Shown here: positions 1 through 7,868 of the stretch, piece by piece
Position numbering within the stretch: position 1 is the first letter of the stretch
How the letters are laid out: the number at the start of each line of letters is the position of its first letter
Source of the DNA: Candidatus Bathyarchaeia archaeon
GTDB taxonomy: Archaea; Thermoproteota; Bathyarchaeia; 40CM-2-53-6
Direction: 5' to 3'
Assembly: GCA_049513715.1 (NCBI GenBank)
Contig: JBEKVV010000010.1
Span: 1 to 20,247, forward strand
Length of the DNA stretch: 20,247 bases
Position numbers and translations under genes: made by a program
The notes under the pieces: model-generated
Databases searched by the model: none
What the model was told of the DNA's origin: nothing
The model's input: only the letters and a program-made list of their open reading frames with translations

Positions 1-123
1 CTTCTTCTCAGCCACCAGGATCGCAATCATCGTCTTCCCTAAACCTGTGGGTAACACTACGAGCGTGTTTGCCTTCGATGCGACCCCTGAAATGCGTAGC
101 TGATATTCCCGGCTCTCCATCAT
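1..123 (-). CDS. hef: Hef/FANCM-type DEAD/DEAH-box helicase, N-terminal part (runs off window start)
   Basis: Manual minus-strand translation MMESREYQLRISGVASKANTLVVLPTGLGKTMIAILVAEKK contains the Q motif (REYQ) and the Walker A NTLVVLPTGLGKT typical of archaeal Hef. Not in the ORF track. Confidence 0.85.
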   Translation of the reverse strand, partial: MMESREYQLRISGVASKANTLVVLPTGLGKTMIAILVAEKK

Positions 124-165
124 ACCCCATTGGCCCCACCATACACAAACTAGATGTCCGGCATA

Positions 166-192
166 GATTTGTGTGTCCGCACCACTAACCGC
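166..192 (-). repeat. Repeat B copy 1 (degenerate)
   Basis: Reverse complement GCGGTTAGTGGTGCGGACACACAAATC matches TAGTGGTGCGCACACACA at 1163-1180. Confidence 0.55.
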
Positions 193-270
193 TTTTCTAG
201 TTCGTTTTCTGCTTTGGGCCAGAACGATTTTAGCTTACGGGCTGGTGACATTATGTGACAAGGTGAGACT

Positions 271-1059
271 GTGAAGACGATCATGCTAGGGTTGGTTGTG
301 GTTATGCTCGCGGCAGCGGCGATGCCGATGGTAGGCGCCCAAATCGCTCTAGTGCAGAATACCGCCTCATACTTCTCGTCGGACCACAAGGTATTGTACA
401 TTGTAGGAGAGGTTCTGAACACTGGAACCCTAGCGATGGGCGGCCACACGCTCGTATCAGCCGACCTCAAAGACAGCAAAGGAACGGTAATCGATACCAT
501 CACAATCTTCCTCACAGCGACCTACCTTCCCTCCCGAAGCAGGGCGCCATTCCAGTTAACCGAATCGAACCCGGCTAGGATCCAAGCGCTCACCTCGTAC
601 CAAATCAAAGTAGACTACAAGCCCGCCGAGCAAACGCTCCCAGACAACTTGGCCATCCAAAACACAAACTCATCTATCGACAGCCAAGGCCACCTGGACG
701 TGTTGGGTCAGGTTCGAAACACCGGAATTGGCCTCAGTTACAGCACCGTGGTCGTCGGAACCTTCTACGACGCAAACGGAACAGTTGCCTTTGTAGCCAC
801 ATCACCCACCACTCCAGACACGGTTCCGCAAGCAGGAACGGGGGCCTTCAAACTCACGGTAAATGATGCGGGCCAAATTCCCAAGATCAAGTCGTGGTCG
901 CTTTTCGCCCAGAGTCAAGAATTCAGCAGCGTCAGTACTCCGACAAACACCTCATACACTAACGTCCCCGAAACGCCATGGCCAACACTCATGCTCACAT
1001 TAGCGCTGACATTGGGTTTGGTGGTTTTGCGAAGAAAGATACCGCATCATGAACCATGA
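271..1059 (+). CDS. Secreted/surface protein with two FxLYD-type domains and a PEF-CTERM-like sorting tail
   Basis: N-terminal signal peptide; two similar beta-sandwich units (YIVGEVLNTG...ADLKDSKGTVI and LDVLGQVRNTG...GTFYDANGTV); Ser/Thr linker; C-terminal VPETP + hydrophobic helix + RRK. GTG start. Confidence 0.8.
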   Translation: MKTIMLGLVVVMLAAAAMPMVGAQIALVQNTASYFSSDHKVLYIVGEVLNTGTLAMGGHTLVSADLKDSKGTVIDTITIFLTATYLPSRSRAPFQLTESNPARIQALTSYQIKVDYKPAEQTLPDNLAIQNTNSSIDSQGHLDVLGQVRNTGIGLSYSTVVVGTFYDANGTVAFVATSPTTPDTVPQAGTGAFKLTVNDAGQIPKIKSWSLFAQSQEFSSVSTPTNTSYTNVPETPWPTLMLTLALTLGLVVLRRKIPHHEP

Positions 1060-1143
1060 ACAACCAAACGAATTCGACTGTGGCGGGCGCGTAAGGGGAC
1101 AGCACAAGAAATATCTGACGATTAGGTTTCCGATCCAAACGTC

Positions 1144-1220
1144 GTCGTTTCGTGTTTGGTACTAGTGGTGCGCACACACACACAAAAACGAAACGACATG
1201 AAAGTTCAAATTTCGGTGCT
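1144..1220 (+). repeat. Repeat B copy 2, containing a 15-bp inverted repeat
   Basis: Arms 1144-1158 GTCGTTTCGTGTTTG and 1183-1197 CAAAAACGAAACGAC pair 14/15 around a 24-nt loop; followed by GTTCAAATTTCGGTGCT (1204-1220). Confidence 0.7.
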
Positions 1221-1271
1221 CACTGAAAATCTACTTCTCAATTCTCTGAGAGGCACCAAGAGGTACTCGCT

Positions 1272-1838
1272 TTGGCCGAATATGCGCGCAAGGCTGTCCA
1301 TCTCTTAGCCTTACTCGTCCCCCCCGTCTCTGTAATAACCTCGAAACCTTTAGTTCTGGCTGCGCTTTCCATAATCACAATTGCATATGTTCTTGGGGAA
1401 GTACTGCGCCTCAAAGGTCACCGCTTGCCGATTATCACGCCATTCACACTGAAGATGAGCCGGCCCGAAGAGAGAACAAGCTTCATCATACGACCGGCAT
1501 ATTTCGCGATTGGAATCATTCTGGCATTGGTCCTCTATCCCACCACAATCGCTTACGCGTCAATATGCATCGGGGCGATCGGCGATTCTGCCGCTGCCAT
1601 TGTGGGAGAGAGATTCGGTCATAGGCGAATTGTTAGGCGGCAGACGGTAGAGGGCTTTGCTGCAGGCTTGACCGGTGCTTTCCTTCTGGCTTCTTTTCTC
1701 GTCTCTCCTTTCATAGCTCTACTAGGCGCAGTCGGCGCTATGATTATGGAACTTCTCGATGTGCCAGATGACAACCTCACAATGCCAATCGTCGCGGGGG
1801 CGTTGATGACTCTCGCGACTCTAGCTTATCGCGCATAA
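1272..1838 (+). CDS. Dolichol/phytol/diacylglycerol kinase family (SEC59/DGK1/VTE5-like) membrane protein
   Basis: Motifs E..RKAVH, GDSAAAIVGERFG, TVEG and DDNLTMP in a multi-TM protein. Confidence 0.85.
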   Translation: MAEYARKAVHLLALLVPPVSVITSKPLVLAALSIITIAYVLGEVLRLKGHRLPIITPFTLKMSRPEERTSFIIRPAYFAIGIILALVLYPTTIAYASICIGAIGDSAAAIVGERFGHRRIVRRQTVEGFAAGLTGAFLLASFLVSPFIALLGAVGAMIMELLDVPDDNLTMPIVAGALMTLATLAYRA

Positions 1839-1891
1839 CTACAGTTTGACTTATAGCGGGCATCCTGTTCTGGACTCATTTTCGCCACTTC

Positions 1892-2062
1892 CTATTTCAG
1901 GTATTTCCACGCGTAATACATGAGTCCGATTCCGAGTATGCCGCGTGCGACTCGTTCAGTGTTGTACCAGAAGAGATGCGTGTTGCCGGGCAGTAGGATT
2001 GAGCCTACTGCGTCGATCAGGACGAGGAGACCTGCGATGAATACGAGTTTGTCCATTTTCAT
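1892..2062 (-). CDS. Small two-TM membrane protein (56 aa)
   Basis: Manual translation MKMDKLVFIAGLLVLIDAVGSILLPGNTHLFWYNTERVARGILGIGLMYYAWKYLK*; two hydrophobic segments; shorter than any ORF in the track. Confidence 0.65.
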   Translation of the reverse strand: MKMDKLVFIAGLLVLIDAVGSILLPGNTHLFWYNTERVARGILGIGLMYYAWKYLK

Positions 2063-2097
2063 TTCGCCAACGGGATTACGGCTGAGCGTGTGGTACT

Positions 2098-2136
2098 AGC
2101 ACTAGAATTTGAACCGTCGTTTTTGTGTGTGTGCCC
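2098..2136 (-). repeat. Repeat B copy 3
   Basis: Reverse complement GGGCACACACACAAAAACGACGGTTCAAATTCTAGTGCT aligns with 1170-1220. Confidence 0.65.
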
Positions 2137-2458
2137 ATAATATGGTGGTATCAATGGACAATTCCATAGCGAGATGTACCTTTCGGAGAAAGATATTAGC
2201 AGCATAGCATTTCTTTGATGCCCGTTTTACTCATCGTTCCGGCCGAAGATACTCTGCCACTAACGCACAACCAGTCCCGATGAATGGTAAAATCACATCA
2301 ACGAAGAAGTCGGTCGATAGCTGCTGTTCACGCAATAATTTGGTCTTCCATAGCTGACGACGTATGCGGTTTTTTGACTTGCTGCACATCCTATTGTTGG
2401 GGACCGAGTGCACCCGCAGAGAGAGTTCGTTGATTTCAACAGCAGATCTGGCGGTTTA

Positions 2459-2503
2459 TATGTACCGGTAATTTGGGGTTGAAATCCCCTGCCCCATCTC
2501 TGA
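2459..2503 (+). repeat. Repeat A copy 1 (45 bp dispersed direct repeat)
   Basis: TATGTACCGGTAATTTGGGGTTGAAATCCCCTGCCCCATCTCTGA; 39-42/45 identical to the other three copies. Confidence 0.95.
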
Positions 2504-2655
2504 AAGAGAAGGCTAAGTACTGTATACTGTACTACAGGATAACTTCTCAGTCCGAGAAACACGAGCGTATTCTTCCAGAGTGAGCTCAAGCGAAAAATAA
2601 AGATCCTCTTCAATGTTGGAGGCTCTGACACCTTGTATCAGCAGATCCTTCAGAT

Positions 2656-3076
2656 TTAGCGGGCTATGAGAACTGAGCATTTCGCGTGTTGGCATACGTG
2701 GTGGCTTACGCTTCCAAGCAGCACTTCTTTATGCCGCTATTTCCCCGGCTTCCCATTACAATGAGTCGTATCCGTTGTCGCTCGCGACTTTCACTATACG
2801 ATCTGCCGGATGACCTGATTCTTTGATCTTTTCCACTTTTAATCCAGCGGCTTTGACTTTCGCCTCTGCCTTTGCTAGTATGTCATTTCCATCAGTCTCA
2901 ACTACCTCAATCATCCTGCGATACGTTTGAGGATTGGCGTTAGAAATCGTAGGAACATGAACCACGTGAATTGTTCCCAGTGATGCTCCACAGGTTTTTG
3001 CCAGGAATATAGCATAATCCAAAGCTCTTTCGGCTTGGGCTGATCCGTCAACAGGAACCAAGATCTTCAAGAGCAT
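2656..3076 (-). pseudogene. Universal stress protein (UspA family) with two frameshifts
   Basis: KILVPVDGS...GHPADRIV...GYD is in the annotated frame; IVMGSRGNSGI follows in a second frame and EVLLGSVSHHVCQHAKCSVLIAR* in a third. Single-base losses near 2765 and 2729. Confidence 0.85.
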
Positions 3077-3233
3077 ATCATAACCTCGCGATAACATCAC
3101 GTCTTCGTGTATTTTACGTGTATTTCAAGTTCGCTGAGCAATTACCTATGGAATGCGAAATTTCAACATTGTATCGAGGTCTTGAGTCAAACTTTAGGAA
3201 CGAGTTCCACGAATAGGGGCGTGTGACTGGCCC

Positions 3234-4235
3234 ATGCCAACCCTCTTTGAGCCTCTGAATGCGGGACGTCTAACATTGAAGAACCGCATAGTAATGCCTC
3301 CAATGGCGAATGACTTGGCGAGTGAGGAAGGAGAAGTGTCAGAGGCTTTGATCACGCACTACAAACGACGTGCACAAGGAGTAGGACTCGTAATTGTCGA
3401 ACATTCGTATGTCTCCAGAGATGGCAAACTATCCTCCAGACAACTTGGGATCCATGACGATGCTTTGCTCAACGGCCTGGCTACTCTGGTCAAATCGATT
3501 CATGCAAATGGAACGCCCGTTTGTATCCAGATCAATCATGCAGGCCGCAAGGCTCGTAGCTCTATCTGCGGCAATCAACCGATTGGTCCCTCCGCAATAG
3601 CAGCAGGTGAATCATATGAGGTTCCAAGAGAACTGGAAGAGCATGAGATTCAGCGCCTCGTTAGGTTATTCGGTGAGGCTGCTCAACGGGCACGTAGGTC
3701 GGGCTTCGATGCTGTGGAGATTCACGGCGCACATGGTTTCCTGTTGAACCAGTTCGCATCCCCATTGAGCAACACACGAACCGACGGGTACGGAGGCTCA
3801 TTTGAGAACAGGATCCGATTCCCACTGAAAGTTGTCGAGGAGGTTAGGAGAACCGTTGAATCAGACTTTCCGCTACTCTACCGTCTAGGCGCCTACGATG
3901 GCGAAGGCGGGAGCACCATTGTCGAGTGCCAGGCTTTCGTTCGAAGACTCATAGAGCGAGGGATCAACATGGTTGACGTGTCTGGTGGACTTATCGGATC
4001 CAGACCCGAGAGCACATCGCCCCAAGGATCCTTCATTCCGTTAGCGGAAGAGATCAAGAAGGCAGTGAACGTTCCAGTTATAGGAGTTGGCGGAGTCACC
4101 GATCCTAGATTTGCCGACGAAGTGATTAGACAAGGCAAAGTGGATTTAGTTGCTGTAGGTAGAGCACTGCTCGCAGATCCAGATTGGGCACTGAAGGCAG
4201 CCAACGCATTAGGTCAGAATCCCACGCAGGCATAA
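3234..4235 (+). CDS. NADH:flavin oxidoreductase (old yellow enzyme family)
   Basis: LKNRIVMPPM, QINHAGR, GFDAVEIHGAHGFLLNQF.SP.SN.RTDGYGGSFENR, DLVAVGRALLADP. Confidence 0.95.
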   Translation: MPTLFEPLNAGRLTLKNRIVMPPMANDLASEEGEVSEALITHYKRRAQGVGLVIVEHSYVSRDGKLSSRQLGIHDDALLNGLATLVKSIHANGTPVCIQINHAGRKARSSICGNQPIGPSAIAAGESYEVPRELEEHEIQRLVRLFGEAAQRARRSGFDAVEIHGAHGFLLNQFASPLSNTRTDGYGGSFENRIRFPLKVVEEVRRTVESDFPLLYRLGAYDGEGGSTIVECQAFVRRLIERGINMVDVSGGLIGSRPESTSPQGSFIPLAEEIKKAVNVPVIGVGGVTDPRFADEVIRQGKVDLVAVGRALLADPDWALKAANALGQNPTQA

Positions 4236-4364
4236 TCAAGAAACAGACGAGAGAGACCGTGCGCTACCATCCATAACCTAACTCATTTCCCAGTTTTTCC
4301 ACGCATATTCCCAGTTGTAACACAGTAATTCCCTGTGCTAAGTAGAAAAATGCGTGACGGGGAA

Positions 4365-4381
4365 CATTGACAATGTCAATG
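4365..4381. promoter_or_regulatory. Perfect 8-1-8 palindrome, candidate protein-binding site
   Basis: CATTGACA-A-TGTCAATG in the convergent intergenic region between the OYE and LLM genes. Confidence 0.35.
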
Positions 4382-4458
4382 GGGCAAATGCAATGCAAAT
4401 GCAATCCGTTAATTGCAACACAAAGTGTTAGCCATGAGTCGAGTTGGGTTCGCTGCTG

Positions 4459-5409
4459 CTACTTGAAGCGAGGTAATACTTGTTCTCCGAACAATCTTAT
4501 TCCACTTAGATCGGTGGCTGATTCCGGAAATGACAGCATCAACCTATCCACCCCAAGGTCAACGTACTCACCAATCAGCTGAACGCATTGTTCGGGTGTT
4601 CCCGCTATACTGTGCCCTTCTATGTCTTCACCTCTAATGTCTCCGCTGCGAACCGCTCGCTCCATCTTATTCTTCACATCGGCACCGGTTCTCCCAATTA
4701 TAACGGGTCCCTGCCAAGATTTTCTCACGTCGCTGAGGCTTCTTCCAACGGAGTCGCAGTGTTTCGTGAGTATCTCGATCTTGTGCTTGTACTCGTCTGG
4801 ACTTAGGCCTATGAAATTGCATCCGTCGGCAAGCTTCGCAACGGCCCTTAACGTCAACTTCTCGCCTCCGCCACCTATCCATATCAGTGGCCTCGGTTTC
4901 TGTACCGGTTTTGGTTCGCAGACAGCTCCAGTTACGGTGTAGTATCTTCCTTGGAATGATGCGCTGTCCTCAGTCCACATCTTCTTTACTATCGTAACTG
5001 CTTCTTCGAGTCTCTGAACTCTTTCCCGGGGCTTTCCGAAAGGTATGCCATAGCTTTCATGCTCTGTCTTAGCCCAGCCCGCTCCGATGCCGAGTTCAAA
5101 TCTTCCTCCACTAATCACATCTAATGTGCTTGACATCTTGGCCAACATGGCGGGATTCCGATACGTAACGCAGAGGCACGTTACGCCTAGCTTCAATTGC
5201 TTTGTCTCCTTCGAGAGCGCAGACAGAACAGTCCACGCCTCCAAACAAGGCTCCCGTGACGGCCCAAAGAGCGGAAGTTCGAAAAGATGGTCAAAGAGCC
5301 ACCCCGAATGGAAACCTAGCTTATCAGCTTCAACCCAAACATTCCTGAGATTCTCATAACGCCCAAGCAGCCTACCCTGGGACGTTTTAACCCCAATCTC
5401 AGCCCTCAA
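4459..5409 (-). CDS. LLM-class (luciferase-like) probable F420-dependent oxidoreductase
   Basis: GFHSGWLFDH, EAWTVLSAL, YRNPAMLAKM..TLDVISGGRFELGIGAGW, PKPVQKPRPLIWIGGGGEKLTL. Start placed at TTG 5409; the ORF extends upstream to 5478. Confidence 0.92.
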   Translation of the reverse strand: MRAEIGVKTSQGRLLGRYENLRNVWVEADKLGFHSGWLFDHLFELPLFGPSREPCLEAWTVLSALSKETKQLKLGVTCLCVTYRNPAMLAKMSSTLDVISGGRFELGIGAGWAKTEHESYGIPFGKPRERVQRLEEAVTIVKKMWTEDSASFQGRYYTVTGAVCEPKPVQKPRPLIWIGGGGEKLTLRAVAKLADGCNFIGLSPDEYKHKIEILTKHCDSVGRSLSDVRKSWQGPVIIGRTGADVKNKMERAVRSGDIRGEDIEGHSIAGTPEQCVQLIGEYVDLGVDRLMLSFPESATDLSGIRLFGEQVLPRFK

Positions 5410-5601
5410 TGCGCATGCCTCAAACAGACAGGAGAGTAACTTGCAAGTAAGACATTCGCATTGTAAAGAAACACCCAATAATCGTAGATGCTGCAGAAAC
5501 GTATTCGCTCAAGGTGATGCGTCAAATGTTCGAAGTCCAACCGACCGAAGAGACGGTCCGCAAGCTCAGAAGGGCCTAAGCACTGGGAAGTTTTGTGAAC
5601 G

Positions 5602-5890
5602 TCTTTATCTTGTTGGTGATACGATTAGAGCTTTCGTGGAATCTGCTGAACACCTGTTCAATGCACGGAAAGATTCCATTGCAATCATGAAGAAGAACGA
5701 GAAACAGCAAGAGATTGCTAACTTACGAGATGAGTTCCGAGTCCTAACTGATGACGATGGAAATGCCCTTGTCAATACAGCTCTCGTCGATTTCTTCACA
5801 ACTCTCGGCGTAGGGAAACTGATAGGGTATGCGACCGTTGCTGTTTCAAGTTCTCTTCCAGAGGGTGATCTGGTTTTCATTCAACAATAG
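5602..5890 (+). CDS. Possible hypothetical protein or gene remnant
   Basis: The 3' part of ORF 5441-5890 reads protein-like (..DTIRAFVESAEHLFNARKDSIAIMKKNEKQQEIANLRDEFRVL..) and fills the gap between LLM and MFS. Start is uncertain and no family is recognised. Confidence 0.3.
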
Positions 5891-7340
5891 GAGAATGCTC
5901 GAAGAATTTCGCTCTTCCTTCCTTTGGGTTGTTCTTCGAACTTCCCCTGAGGACTGAGGGGGCAATCGCAACGAGATTGACGATTGCAAGCCAGAAATAG
6001 GCGTGGCTGAGTCCTTTCAGGAAAAGGAGTCTATCTGATTCTGATATCGCAATAGGATTTATCGCTGATATTACCTCCGTTATCGTTTGGTATGGAATCA
6101 CGGAGGTCATTATCAGCACTGCAAGATTGAGGCTAATCACAAATCCAACTTGAAAGAATGTTGCTCTCAAGGCTGAGGCGATTCCTCTTCTTTTTTCCGG
6201 GACCGAGCTCATTATCGAACTCATGTTTGGAGAGACGAACAGTCCCATGCCTGCTCCGAGAATTACCATGTAAACGAACACAAGCGACACGGGAGTTGCG
6301 ATTGTAACAGTTGAGAAAAGAAATAGGGCCACGCTTGAGAGAGCGAGTCCAGAGGTCGTGAACGGAAGATGCCCGAATTTGTCAGAAAACCTTCCGCTCA
6401 ATGGGCCGAAAGTGAGAAACGCGATGTCAAATGGGATTATCCTTATTCCCGCGTCCAGAGGACTCATGTTCAGAACAAGCTGAAAGTAAAGACTGAGGAG
6501 CAGAAGAAACGCTCCCCATGCTACTGCGTTCAGCAATTGAGCTATCACTCCCCCCGTAAATTCTCGTATCTTCAATAGCTCCAGATCAAGGAGCGGATGG
6601 CGCTGCCTAATCTCATGCACAATGAAAGTCGCAAGGGTCACCGCGCTCAAGACCAAGAGAACGTAAACTGTTAACCGTTCAGATAATCCATACGCATCAT
6701 AAGTTAGCGCCAGAAGAAAACTTGTAATCGAAATCGAGAAGGACACGAATCCGAACCAATCTACTGGAGTCTTCTTATCTAGCTTCGCTATTTCCTTGAG
6801 CCTGTGATGCGACCAGAAGGTCCCGAAAATTCCTATGGGGATGTTTACGTAGAAAAGCGCTCTCCAATCAAAGAAAGAAAGAATCAACCCACTTATTGTC
6901 AACCCAGCCATTGCGCCAAACCTGAACGCAATCTGATTTACGCCAAGAGAAAGTCCGAGCTCTTCTCTCGGAGTAGCATCGACAATCATGGCCACGCTGT
7001 TTGTGAACATCATTGCAACCCCAAGTCCCTGCAAGCCTCTCCACAGAATGAACTGGGTTGGATTCTGGGCAATGCTGGTGAGAGCTGACCCTATAGTGAA
7101 GACCGCGAAACCGAGTGTGTAAATTTTCACTCGGCCTACTATGTCCGTAACTCTTCCGATAAGAAGCAACGCAATAGCGGTGGCGAGTACGTAGGATTGT
7201 GTGAACCAAATGGCTTGCTCAACATCTGCATGCAACGCGGCAGCGACTTGAGGAAGTCCGATGATGACTATCCTCGAGTCGATCCCATCCATCAGAACTC
7301 CGACGGTAGTTACTGTTAGAACAAGCCACTTGTACTTCAC
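5877..7340 (-). CDS. MFS efflux transporter, DHA2 (EmrB/QacA-like, 14 TMS)
   Basis: DGIDSRIVIIGLP, motif A GRVTDIVGRVK, RGLQGLG, WRALFYVNIPIG, PLLDLELLK, GRFSDKFG. Confidence 0.93.
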   Translation of the reverse strand: MKYKWLVLTVTTVGVLMDGIDSRIVIIGLPQVAAALHADVEQAIWFTQSYVLATAIALLLIGRVTDIVGRVKIYTLGFAVFTIGSALTSIAQNPTQFILWRGLQGLGVAMMFTNSVAMIVDATPREELGLSLGVNQIAFRFGAMAGLTISGLILSFFDWRALFYVNIPIGIFGTFWSHHRLKEIAKLDKKTPVDWFGFVSFSISITSFLLALTYDAYGLSERLTVYVLLVLSAVTLATFIVHEIRQRHPLLDLELLKIREFTGGVIAQLLNAVAWGAFLLLLSLYFQLVLNMSPLDAGIRIIPFDIAFLTFGPLSGRFSDKFGHLPFTTSGLALSSVALFLFSTVTIATPVSLVFVYMVILGAGMGLFVSPNMSSIMSSVPEKRRGIASALRATFFQVGFVISLNLAVLIMTSVIPYQTITEVISAINPIAISESDRLLFLKGLSHAYFWLAIVNLVAIAPSVLRGSSKNNPKEGRAKFFEHSPIVE

Positions 7341-7611
7341 GTGTCATCATCTATGCGTATAGGCATCAATTTTGGGATTCAATGAACCGATTCGAACCTG
7401 AAACGGAACGCCCGTTGCCTACGTTTTGCTATTTAACCTGCCTGTTGATTTGCAACTGAACATCCGTAGAATTTTCTGGTAGTAGGTTTGGACGACACGT
7501 GGACTACGAAAGCGCGCGTGAATTAATTCGTTGGAATTGTAGTTTGTTTTAGTAGTGTAGTGCATTCAAGGAAATTGCGACTGAATTAGGCCAGTTCCAC
7601 GAATCTGTTTA

Positions 7612-7656
7612 TATGTACTGGTAAATTGGGGCTGAAATCCCCTGCCCCATCTCTGA
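7612..7656 (+). repeat. Repeat A copy 2
   Basis: TATGTACTGGTAAATTGGGGCTGAAATCCCCTGCCCCATCTCTGA. Confidence 0.95.
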
Positions 7657-7868
7657 ATACAAACTACGAGGGTTCAAACGTGGGTGCAAAGCTAACTCCC
7701 CGCACCAACTTATTGGCTCCATAGCGCGGTAGGGGACCATGTTTCCTAGTGCGCGGTATGAGTCGGGGTTTTGGTGTTTGTGATTTTTTCCTGAAAACTT
7801 GAGCAAGTGTGATCGCCGGACTCTTACGAAGTTCGCTGAGATCGACCCCAAGTACAGCGATCAGTAGA

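Noticed and set aside
2474..2500. Repeat A as a tRNA gene or tRNA 3' end (GGGGTTGAAATCCCC resembles a T-arm)
   Set aside because: No copy has the canonical TTC loop, and no D-arm, anticodon arm, matching acceptor stem or CCA is visible. Distant derivation from a tRNA cannot be excluded.
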